17,266 nucleotides of DNA from a bacterium (GTDB lineage Bacteria; Zhuqueibacterota; Zhuqueibacteria; Oceanimicrobiales; Oceanimicrobiaceae): NCBI GenBank assembly GCA_046757025.1, contig JBHHXN010000114.1, forward strand, positions 1 to 17,266. The letters run 5' to 3'. Below are positions 1 through 7,805 of this stretch, one piece after another. The stretch's first letter is position 1. Every line of letters starts with the position of its first letter. Both the position numbers and the translations under genes were made by a program. Under the pieces are notes generated by a model. That model had not been told where the DNA came from and ran no database searches. It was given only the letters and a program-made list of their open reading frames with translations.

Positions 1-2
1 TC

Positions 3-842
3 GATTTTGGCGGACGATTTTTCTTGCAGCAAGGTGCCGGTGCCTGGAACGGCATCACGGTTTTTACTGGTTCCGGTAACAATCTGGTGGGAAGAGGCGA
101 TTCGGTGTCGGTCACCGGCCGAGTAACCGAATTTCGCGATCTCACTGAAATCGACAATGTGACCGCGCTGCAAATTATCAGCACGGGCAATCCATTACCT
201 GCTCCGGCTGAGGTTATGACCGGTCAAGTCAATACCGGTAGCGCCACAGCCGAAAGCTTCGAAAGTGTTTACATTAAGCTTTCAAACGTTGATATCACCG
301 ACGCCAATCCCGATGCCCCGAGCAACTTTGGCGAATGGGCCGTTGACGATGGCAGCGGTGAGGTGCGGGTGGATGATCGCGGACTTTATACCTATACCAC
401 TACAGATACGAACTCGGCGGATTTCCTGCCGCTTGGAACCACCATTGGCAGCCTGACCGGCGTACTCGATTTCTCTTTCAGCAATTTCAAACTGCAGCCG
501 CGAAACAATGCCGATTTTCAGGACATCGTCACGGACGTGGACGAAGTAGCCTCGAACGTACCAGATAAATTTGCCCTGCTGCAAAACTATCCGAATCCGT
601 TCAATCCAGAAACCACCATTCGCTACCGATTGGGCTCAGCTCAACAAGTACAGTTGAAAATTTATAACATCATGGGACAGTTGGTGCGCACGCTGATGGA
701 TGGTCAACAAGTTGCCGGTGAACATAAAATTGTCTGGAACGGCGCCGATGAGCGCGGAATTGCGCTGCCCAGCGGATTGTATATTTACCAGATTCAAGCA
801 GGGGAATTTGAACGATCAAATAAAATGATCTTGTTGAAATAA
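3..842 (+). CDS. Secreted protein (5' truncated by window edge) with YhcR/ExeM-type OB-fold region and C-terminal FlgD-Ig / T9SS type A sorting domain
   Basis: The frame is open back to the window edge (DFGGRFFLQQG...), so the TTG at 24 is probably not the true start. GDSVSVTGRVTEFRDLTEI, ESFESVYIKLSNV, NFGEW and GVLDFSFSNFKLQPRN resemble the OB-fold accessory region of ExeM/NucH/YhcR extracellular nucleases. The C-terminus LLQNYPNPFNPETTIRY...IYNIMGQLVRTL...WNG...SGLYIYQI...KMILLK is a typical CTD. No catalytic domain is visible in the window. Confidence 0.8.
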   Translation, partial: DFGGRFFLQQGAGAWNGITVFTGSGNNLVGRGDSVSVTGRVTEFRDLTEIDNVTALQIISTGNPLPAPAEVMTGQVNTGSATAESFESVYIKLSNVDITDANPDAPSNFGEWAVDDGSGEVRVDDRGLYTYTTTDTNSADFLPLGTTIGSLTGVLDFSFSNFKLQPRNNADFQDIVTDVDEVASNVPDKFALLQNYPNPFNPETTIRYRLGSAQQVQLKIYNIMGQLVRTLMDGQQVAGEHKIVWNGADERGIALPSGLYIYQIQAGEFERSNKMILLK

Positions 843-918
843 TTTTAACAGGAAAAGAAAGGTCATTCCCAGCTGGGCGTTTTGGCGTCAAGTTAAGGAT
901 TAAATGGCAACTTCACTT

Positions 919-1108
919 TTGTTGGGGCGGTTCAAAAAGGATTTTGTCATTGCGAGTCCCGCGTTTTGAGCGGGACGAAGCAATCCCTTAATTCGTACCT
1001 AAAATCGGGAGATTGCTTCGTCGTCCCGATATTCATTATTGAAAGATTTAAAGAAAAATCGGGACTCCTCGCAAAGACATTTTTTGACTTTTTGGACAGC
1101 CCCAACAA
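919..1108. mobile_element. Non-autonomous MITE-like element with 21-bp terminal inverted repeats enclosing a palindromic REP-like core
   Basis: Left TTGTTGGGGCGGTTCAAAAAG (919-939) matches the reverse complement of 1088-1108 (TTGTTGGGGCTGTCCAAAAAG) at 19/21. There is no transposase. The ends resemble IS1182-type termini from recall, not verified. Confidence 0.65.
946..1078. repeat. Palindromic REP/REPIN-like element (GTCATTGCGA...GAAGCAATC...GATTGCTTC...TCGCAA[A/T]GAC family), copy 1
   Basis: GTCATTGCGAG (946-956) pairs with CTCGCAAAGAC (1068-1078), and GACGAAGCAATC (974-985) pairs with GATTGCTTCGTC (1011-1022). The same scaffold recurs at 5520-5621. Confidence 0.85.
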
Positions 1109-1186
1109 GCAATTCAGGTTGCCACTAAAACGCCCAGTGGGAAATGGCAGTTTGATACTTTATGAAATTGAATAAAAGACTCTAAA

Positions 1187-2656
1187 ATGAAAGAAGTAAC
1201 CTCTATATGCAAATGCTGTAATTTTCTTTGCATTAGTCTGTTTATTTTAGTCCAGTTATTTTGGACAAACTGCAGCAAGGACATTACCGGTACCTCGGCT
1301 AATCAACCGCCGGAAACCCACCTGAGTGTGTTTCTGGCGGATAGCGCGGCCGTTGTGGACACCTCCTCCAGTCAACTGGTGCTGCACTGGTGGGGCGATG
1401 ATGCGGACGGTCTGGTGATCGGTTTTGTGTATTCGTTTTTTGGCAAACCTTCCCTGTCGGACACCTTGGACGCCCGCGGTCTCAAGGGCTTCACCACCGC
1501 CCTGTCCGACACCTTCAACGTGCCGGTGGGACCCAACGACACCACCTTTACCTTTTACATATCTGCGGTGGATAATGAGGAGGCCGTGGACCCCACGCCG
1601 GCGTTTCAGGCGTTTCCGGTCGAAAACTCGCCGCCGGAAATTCAGTTTCGTCTGAATTCCCTACCCATCGACACCACTTTTCCGGTGGTGACCTTTTCGT
1701 GGAACGCCACGGATATCGACGGTCAGCAAGACCTGGAATTTTTCGAATTCGCCATCAATCCACCTGTTGGCAGTGAAATCCCCTGGCGGCGGCTGGCGCC
1801 CGAAAAAAGTTTCGTCACTCTCACGCCAGACAGCGGGCTGATCACCGATAGCGACAACCGGTTTTTAGTGCGCGCGGCGGATCGCGGTCAGGCTTTTAGC
1901 AACATTCTCGAATATCCCGGCGAAGGGGAGATCTGGTATGTCAAAGACAAAGTGGGCAATTTGCTTTTCATCGATGACTTTACCAGTGAAGATGAAAGCG
2001 TCAGTCGGGGATTTTTTAAAGAGCTTTTTGATGCCGCTGGTGAAGCTTTTTCCATTTACGACCTGGCTCGCAACGGTCTGCCGGCTTCGTTTTTAGATTT
2101 CACCGAAACCCTGAAACTGTTCGATAAAATCGTCTGGTGGGCGGATGGCAGCCCCACTTTAGCAGCCAGTCAACAGGGCATCATCAGCTATCTGGGCGCC
2201 GGCGGCCACATCCTCTTGACCGGCTTCGAAGGCGCGGCGCTGCAGGACCGCTCCCAGTGGATTTTCAATTTCCGCGACGCCCAGGACAGTCTGCTGACTT
2301 TTTTGCCCATCAAAGCGGTGAGCGACACCGTGGGAAAAGAGATCAACCGCATTTTACAGGGCACGACATTTCAGACGTTGAGCTCAAGCTATCCGGAGCT
2401 GTCCATCGCCCCCGGCTCCGGCTCATTAAATCTCATCGGCAAGATTTTCGGGCTGTATCCCAAACCCGACGCCGTGCCGCTCTACCAGTTACCGCCGGCT
2501 TCCGAAGTACGCGGTAATTTGTACAACGGGCAGCCCATAATCGGAGTAAAAACCGCCGACAACTCCGTAGTACTGCTGGAATTTCCGTTGACGAAAATCG
2601 ACAAATCCCAGGCCAAAGAACTCATTTTGAGAGTATTTCAGAATTTTTCACAATAG
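1187..2656 (+). CDS. Putative outer-membrane lipoprotein with Ig/Fn3-like repeats, associated with the TonB-dependent receptor
   Basis: 489-aa ORF. A hydrophobic N-terminus ends in FWTN-C (possible lipobox). Two related beta-rich units are visible (NQPPET...WWGDDADG...AVDNEEAVDPTPA and NSPPEI...WNATDIDG...VRAADRG). The stop lies immediately upstream of the receptor start. Function is inferred from context only. Confidence 0.65.
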   Translation: MKEVTSICKCCNFLCISLFILVQLFWTNCSKDITGTSANQPPETHLSVFLADSAAVVDTSSSQLVLHWWGDDADGLVIGFVYSFFGKPSLSDTLDARGLKGFTTALSDTFNVPVGPNDTTFTFYISAVDNEEAVDPTPAFQAFPVENSPPEIQFRLNSLPIDTTFPVVTFSWNATDIDGQQDLEFFEFAINPPVGSEIPWRRLAPEKSFVTLTPDSGLITDSDNRFLVRAADRGQAFSNILEYPGEGEIWYVKDKVGNLLFIDDFTSEDESVSRGFFKELFDAAGEAFSIYDLARNGLPASFLDFTETLKLFDKIVWWADGSPTLAASQQGIISYLGAGGHILLTGFEGAALQDRSQWIFNFRDAQDSLLTFLPIKAVSDTVGKEINRILQGTTFQTLSSSYPELSIAPGSGSLNLIGKIFGLYPKPDAVPLYQLPPASEVRGNLYNGQPIIGVKTADNSVVLLEFPLTKIDKSQAKELILRVFQNFSQ

Positions 2657-2664
2657 GTGTGGTT

Positions 2665-5487
2665 ATGCTGCGAAAAATTATCTATTTCACGTGCCTTGCT
2701 CTTCTGCTCACTGCCAGTTTGTACGCTCAGAGCAAAGGCCGCATCAAAGGCCGGATTACCGACGCCGAAACCGGCGAAGGGCTGCCCGGTGTGAACGTGT
2801 CGGTGCTGGGAACGTACTACGGCGCCGCCACCGACCTGGAAGGGTATTATGAAATTCCCAACATGAACCCCGGCGTGTTCAATTTGAAATTCTCCTACAT
2901 CGGTTACACGGTGGTGCAAAAAACCGGCGTCAAGGTGCACGCCGACGAAGTTACCACCGTTAACATCGCGCTGCAGTCCACGGTGCTGGCTCTGGGTCAG
3001 GAGGTGACGGTCATCGGGGATAAGCCGCTTTTAGACGTGGAAGATACCGCCACCCGCAAACGCATCACTTCGGACGACATCAAGTTCCAGGTGGTGGAGG
3101 ACGTCAAAGATATTGTGTCCAACCAGAGCGGCGTGGTTGAAATGGACGACGAAATTCACATCCGCGGCGGCAGGGCTTACGAAAGCGCCTATTTACTGGA
3201 CGGTATTTCTGTGGAAGATCCGCTGTCGGGTACGGGCTTTGGCTTGCGGCTCAGCGCCAACGCCATCGAAGAGGTGGAAGTCATCACCGGCGGATTTGCT
3301 GCAGAATACGGCCAGGCCATGTCCGGCATCGTGCAGGTAAAAACCAAAGAGGGGTCTGCCAAGTACCACGGCTCGGTGTCGTACAAATTAGATCATTTTG
3401 GCCCGGATTGGGACGAGAACTTCAACACCGACGCCGTGGAGCTCAGCCTCTCCGGCCCGGAGCCGATTACAAGCTATTTTTTGAAACCACTCGGGATAGA
3501 CATTCCCGGGGAAATGAAATTTTTTGCTAGCGGTTCGTTTTTTCTCAGCGACAGCTATTTGGAAAAAGCCACCAATTTAAACCCGGCTATTGCATCCAAA
3601 TTCTTTGCCCCCCGGCAAAACAACGAATGGTCCGGACTGGCCAAGCTTACCTGGAACATCACTCCTCAGCACAAACTGAAATTTTCCTTTAACCGCTCTC
3701 TCACTTCCAGTCAAAACACACAGGCGCTACAAACCACTTTGGAATTTGAGCGGGCCGGACCGGGCTACCCTTTTCGATTTCAAAATATTTTAGATAATTT
3801 CAATGTGCTGACTCATGACATCAACCAGCAATCCGTGACCTGGACACAAACGCTGGGCAACAAGTCGTTCTATGAATTGCGGCTCAGCCGGTTTTTCACC
3901 AACCTTCGCAGCCAGGTTGGGGATCTGCACTGGAGCGAGTACGTCAAATCGGAAGACATCGTCACCGTGCCCGAAGGCGGCATCCCAAACGAGCAGTATT
4001 TTCGCGACCCGCGGGGAGAATTCATCACCATCAAATCCGACGGTTTTTTGGACGTGGGCAACGGCTCCAACTGGCACGATCATTATGTTGAAGAATTCAC
4101 GGTGCGAGGTGACTTCTCCTACATCCCCAATCAAATCCACAATATTAAAGCAGGCATTGAGATGGGATTTCAGGAGATGCAGATGCTGGAAATCGTACGC
4201 CCCTGGTTTGGCGGTCTAGGATTAAACAACGATATCTACCGCGTCAATCCACGCGTAGGAGCTTTTTACGTGCAGGACCGCATCACCCGCGAGGGCTTGA
4301 TCGTGAACATCGGATTGCGTTATGATTACTGGGTGCCCGGCCAGTTTGTGGTGGATGCGCTGAATCGTTTCCGCAACGACGTCAGCCTCACCGCCAACGA
4401 TCGTGAAATATGGCAGCGGCGCTACGATACGTACCTGGATGAAACCGTCGGTCTTTTGGGCGAACGAGTGAAGGGCCGGTTGATGCCGAGACTGGGCATC
4501 TCCCATCCGATCTCGGATCACCAGGTTTTCTTTTTTTCTTACGGGCATTTTTCCAAGCGCCCGAAACCGCAGTTTGTGTACACGCAACTGGGCGCGTCCA
4601 GTGCACGCTCGTCGTTTCAGGTAAAGGGCAATCCAAATTTAAACCCGGAAACCACGGTTACGTATGAGCTGGGCTTGAAACACCAGTTCACGGCTAACGA
4701 TGTTTTAACCATTACCCTTTACAACCGCGACATATTCGATTACGTCACCACTAAAAATGTGCGCGGCAGAGGACGTGAGAGGGATTTCCTAACCTATCTC
4801 AACCTGGACTTTGCCCGGGTGCGCGGCATCGATGTGGAGTTCAAGAAACGGGCAGGCAGTTTTCTTTCGGGCTCCATCAGCGGCACCTTTTCCATCGCTA
4901 CCGGCAAAAACTCCTCGCCGCAGGATAATTTATTGGTGTTTGCCGGCGAAATCGAGGAAGAGCCCATCAAGGAAAATTTCTTACGCTGGGACCGGCCAAT
5001 CCAGTTCAACACCAACATCAACCTGTTTCTGAGAAAAGGTCAGGGGCCGAATGTTTTTGGCATCAAATTTCCCGATGATTGGAATCTCAATCTGCACTGG
5101 TTTCTTGAATCCGGCCGCCGGTACACGCCGTTCATACTCAGCCCCTCGGGCAATTTTGTGCTGGACAACCAGAATCCATTTTCTAAAGTTTCCCGCTTCT
5201 GGTCGGTGGTGGATTTAAATTTTGAAAAATATTTTAAAATCGCCGGGCTCAATATCACCTTTTTCACTGAAGTCCGAAATCTGTTTGATCGCAAAAATGA
5301 CACTATCATCAACAGTTTTACCGGACAGGCCTATCGCACCGGCGATTTCATCATCATCGATGGCGAGCCCACGGATCCGCTGGTTTTCAACGCCACCGAA
5401 CCCGGTCGGCCCATTGTGGATCCGTTTAATCCGGCGCGCTTTCGCGCACCGCGGCAGGTGTTGCTGGGAGCGTCTTTTCAGTGGTAG
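2665..5487 (+). CDS. TonB-dependent receptor with N-terminal carboxypeptidase-regulatory-like domain
   Basis: Signal peptide MLRKIIYF...LYAQ. N-terminal GRIKGRITDAETGEGLPGVNV is CarboxypepD_reg-like. Plug motifs are IHIRGGR, YLLDGISVEDP and AIEEVEVITGGFAAEYGQAMSGIV. GNPNLNPETT is present and the protein ends in an aromatic beta-signal (GASFQW). ATG 2665 follows AGGTG; GTG 2659 is an alternative start. Confidence 0.92.
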   Translation: MLRKIIYFTCLALLLTASLYAQSKGRIKGRITDAETGEGLPGVNVSVLGTYYGAATDLEGYYEIPNMNPGVFNLKFSYIGYTVVQKTGVKVHADEVTTVNIALQSTVLALGQEVTVIGDKPLLDVEDTATRKRITSDDIKFQVVEDVKDIVSNQSGVVEMDDEIHIRGGRAYESAYLLDGISVEDPLSGTGFGLRLSANAIEEVEVITGGFAAEYGQAMSGIVQVKTKEGSAKYHGSVSYKLDHFGPDWDENFNTDAVELSLSGPEPITSYFLKPLGIDIPGEMKFFASGSFFLSDSYLEKATNLNPAIASKFFAPRQNNEWSGLAKLTWNITPQHKLKFSFNRSLTSSQNTQALQTTLEFERAGPGYPFRFQNILDNFNVLTHDINQQSVTWTQTLGNKSFYELRLSRFFTNLRSQVGDLHWSEYVKSEDIVTVPEGGIPNEQYFRDPRGEFITIKSDGFLDVGNGSNWHDHYVEEFTVRGDFSYIPNQIHNIKAGIEMGFQEMQMLEIVRPWFGGLGLNNDIYRVNPRVGAFYVQDRITREGLIVNIGLRYDYWVPGQFVVDALNRFRNDVSLTANDREIWQRRYDTYLDETVGLLGERVKGRLMPRLGISHPISDHQVFFFSYGHFSKRPKPQFVYTQLGASSARSSFQVKGNPNLNPETTVTYELGLKHQFTANDVLTITLYNRDIFDYVTTKNVRGRGRERDFLTYLNLDFARVRGIDVEFKKRAGSFLSGSISGTFSIATGKNSSPQDNLLVFAGEIEEEPIKENFLRWDRPIQFNTNINLFLRKGQGPNVFGIKFPDDWNLNLHWFLESGRRYTPFILSPSGNFVLDNQNPFSKVSRFWSVVDLNFEKYFKIAGLNITFFTEVRNLFDRKNDTIINSFTGQAYRTGDFIIIDGEPTDPLVFNATEPGRPIVDPFNPARFRAPRQVLLGASFQW

Positions 5488-5519
5488 GTAGTGAATGAAC
5501 AAAAACCAATTGAATTGGA

Positions 5520-5621
5520 GTCATTGCGAATCCCGATTTTTATTCGGGACGAAGCAATCTCCCTGTACCATATCTGGAGAATGCTTCACTTCCCCGCTTA
5601 GCGGGGGTCGTTCGCAATGAC
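5520..5621. repeat. Palindromic REP/REPIN-like element, copy 2
   Basis: Perfect 11-bp IR GTCATTGCGAA (5520-5530) / TTCGCAATGAC (5611-5621). The inner GAAGCAATCTCC...GGAGAATGCTTC pair and side hairpins TCCCGA..TCGGGA and CCCCGC..GCGGGG are also present. Confidence 0.85.
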
Positions 5622-5692
5622 ATAAAAGTTGAATTTTCATTCAGAAACAATATATATTAAAGAAGTGAGCATTTTAAAAATACGAAATAAAA

Positions 5693-6238
5693 ATGACTCA
5701 AAAACTGAATCTGATTGGCAACCGAATAACATTCGTAGTTGCGATCATTTTTGTGAGTGCGCAGTTAAATACAGGATGCCAGCAAAAAGTGGCAGACGGC
5801 ACGAACAACAACCTGTTGTGCAGCATTACGGTCACGGATTCTCTGGGCAAAATTATTGGAGTGGATGACGCCAGCGACTGGCAGCCAAGAATGCCATCTA
5901 AGCTCAATTTTCCGCCGTCCTTTTCAGTCAAGCCGGCTTTTCCCAATCCGGCGGGCACGATGGCTTCTACTTTTGGCGGAGATACTCCGAGAATCGCCTG
6001 TGCCATCAACTATGCGTTACCGCAGGCACGCCAGCAGGTGAAAGTCACCGTCAACGACACTCTCAGAACCCTGGTAGATCAGCAAGCGCAAGCTGGCTTC
6101 TTTATGGTTCTCTGGGATTTGAAGGATGACATGGGTGCCCCGGTTGCAGACGGCTGTTATGAAGTTCACATCACCGTGAGCACCGATGATACCACTTATC
6201 GGGCCGCTGGCGACATTTTGGTGGCAAGAGGGAATTGA
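5693..6238 (+). CDS. Small lipoprotein consisting mainly of a FlgD-Ig / T9SS-CTD-like domain
   Basis: A hydrophobic segment ends in LNTG-C (lipobox). FSVKPAFPNP...INYALP...RTLVD...AGFFMVLWDLKDDMGAPVADGCY parallels the CTDs of the ORFs ending at 842 and 10170. Confidence 0.7.
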   Translation: MTQKLNLIGNRITFVVAIIFVSAQLNTGCQQKVADGTNNNLLCSITVTDSLGKIIGVDDASDWQPRMPSKLNFPPSFSVKPAFPNPAGTMASTFGGDTPRIACAINYALPQARQQVKVTVNDTLRTLVDQQAQAGFFMVLWDLKDDMGAPVADGCYEVHITVSTDDTTYRAAGDILVARGN

Positions 6239-6308
6239 GAAAAGGGGTATGGAGTATAGGGTATAAGGCAACAAACTTTATTGAGCAAGCGCAGATTTTG
6301 AGGTTAAC

Positions 6309-7310
6309 ATGTCGAAATTCAAAAACAAGGTAGTGTTATTTTTTCTGTTGAGTGGCGCATTTTCGTCGCAACTGGCCCAGGCCCAGCTCATCCCGGCACT
6401 GGGTGGTGAACGCGCCGGCACCACGGCTATGTCCTTTTTGAAAATAGGCGTGGGCGCCCGGGCATCTTCCATGGGGGAGGCGTTCGTGGCTTTGGCCAAC
6501 GACGTTTCTGCGCTTTACTGGAATCCAGCCGGCATGACCTATCTTGACGACAATAACTTTCATTTTTCCCATATTGAATACGTTGCGGACATCGGCCACG
6601 AATTCATCGCCTACACCCGTAAAATCGGCGACTACAACGCCATCGGCGTGAGCTTCATCGCGCTGCACACCAACGATATGAACGTCACCACCGAAGTGCA
6701 GCCATTTGGAACTGGCGAATCGTTTGGCTACAGCGACATCATGCTCGGCCTGTCCTATGCCCGGCAGCTCACCGACAAATTCAGCACCGGGGTTACCGTG
6801 AAATACGTACGCGAAGACCTGGCCACGGTGAACATGTCCGGCTTTCTCATCGATGTCGGAACCATTTATGAAGTCGGGTTTCGCGGTTCACGTTTTGCGG
6901 TGAGCATCAGCAATTTTGGAGCGGAGTTTAAAACCAGCGGTTCGGTCACTGACTTCCTGGGTCAGCCCCGCGGCAATGTGGAATTTGAATCGTTTCCTGC
7001 TCCCCTGCTGCTGCGTTTCGGCTTTGCGTTCGACCTCATCCAACGCGAAAACAACCGCGCTATTCTGGCCTTTCAGCTGGATCATCCCAACGATGATTCG
7101 GAAAATTTCAATTACGGCGGAGAATACTGGTTCAAAAACAAACTGGCCTTGCGCGCAGGTTACAAAAAGATCGACGAAGTGGGCGGAGTCAGTTTAGGTT
7201 TTGGAATTTATTTGCCCATCGAGTCCTTAATTGTACAACTGGACTACAGTTACTCACAATTCGGCGTGCTGGGAAATTTGAACCGATTTACTTTGAATTT
7301 GAGTTTTTAG
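6309..7310 (+). CDS. PorV/PorQ-family (UPF0164-like) outer-membrane beta-barrel
   Basis: Signal peptide and RBS GAGG at ~6300. The family signature FLKIGVGARASSMGEAFVALANDVSALYWNPAG is present, followed by amphipathic beta-strands and a terminal Phe (NRFTLNLSF). Confidence 0.88.
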   Translation: MSKFKNKVVLFFLLSGAFSSQLAQAQLIPALGGERAGTTAMSFLKIGVGARASSMGEAFVALANDVSALYWNPAGMTYLDDNNFHFSHIEYVADIGHEFIAYTRKIGDYNAIGVSFIALHTNDMNVTTEVQPFGTGESFGYSDIMLGLSYARQLTDKFSTGVTVKYVREDLATVNMSGFLIDVGTIYEVGFRGSRFAVSISNFGAEFKTSGSVTDFLGQPRGNVEFESFPAPLLLRFGFAFDLIQRENNRAILAFQLDHPNDDSENFNYGGEYWFKNKLALRAGYKKIDEVGGVSLGFGIYLPIESLIVQLDYSYSQFGVLGNLNRFTLNLSF

Positions 7311-7329
7311 ATTCTTTGTTCTGGATTTC

Positions 7330-7352
7330 TCAGAGATCGTCTCTGACTTTTT
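7330..7352 (+). terminator. Possible intrinsic terminator after the PorV-like gene
   Basis: TCAGAGA-TCG-TCTCTGA is a 7-bp hairpin followed by CTTTTT, 20 nt after the stop codon. The stem is modest. Confidence 0.45.
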
Positions 7353-7390
7353 ATTCATAATAGCTACGGGTTTGATTTAAGTAAAAGCCC

Positions 7391-7548
7391 TATTTCACCC
7401 CTACGGGGTTCGTTCAACAGGCAAAGTGACGTTTTGCACTAAATCACCCCGTAGGGTCTGCCCTGAGCGAAGTCGAAGGGGAGGCACGTTTATAGTTATG
7501 GGCTATCTTGAAAATTCCAAAACTCCCGACGGGTCGGGATGAAATATA
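7391..7548. repeat. Cluster of ACCCCGTAGGGG-type REP units, interrupted by mini-elements
   Basis: TATTTCACCCCTACGGGGTT (7391-7410; reverse complement AACCCCGTAGGGGTGAAATA) faces CACCCCGTAGGG|insert|GAGGCACGTTTATAG (7445-7495) and AAAACTCCCGACGGGTCGGGATGAAATA (~7519-7546). Confidence 0.6.
7457..7480 (+). repeat. 24-nt mini-element (CTGYCCTGAGCNNNGTCGAAGGG)
   Basis: TCTGCCCTGAGCGAAGTCGAAGGG. Related copies occur in tandem at 10354-10400 and inverted at 7679-7699 (CTTCGACTCCGCTCAGCATGA). Confidence 0.75.
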
Positions 7549-7591
7549 AAATGAGCATGCATTTATGGGAAATAAAAAAGGCATTCATAAA

Positions 7592-7734
7592 TGACTCTGT
7601 TGATTAAGTCGAGAAACATTCAGCGTGAGTCCCGAAGTGAATTTTGGAATAGCCGTAACCCGTTGTTTTTTCATCATACTTCGACTCCGCTCAGCATGAA
7701 GAGTGATGGAAAAATGACTTAATCAACAGAGTCA
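7592..7734. mobile_element. 143-bp MITE-like element with perfect 19-bp terminal inverted repeats
   Basis: TGACTCTGTTGATTAAGTC (7592-7610) is the exact reverse complement of GACTTAATCAACAGAGTCA (7716-7734). There is no internal ORF and no obvious target-site duplication. Confidence 0.75.
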
Positions 7735-7805
7735 AAAATATCTGAATTTTTGAGAAATGATAAACAGCAATACGCCAGCAAAAAAGACATAATCAAATTT
7801 TATGA

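Noticed and set aside
966..1175. 69-aa ORF
   Set aside because: It lies across the REP/MITE palindromes and its translation (TKQS...DCFV) is simply repeat sequence.
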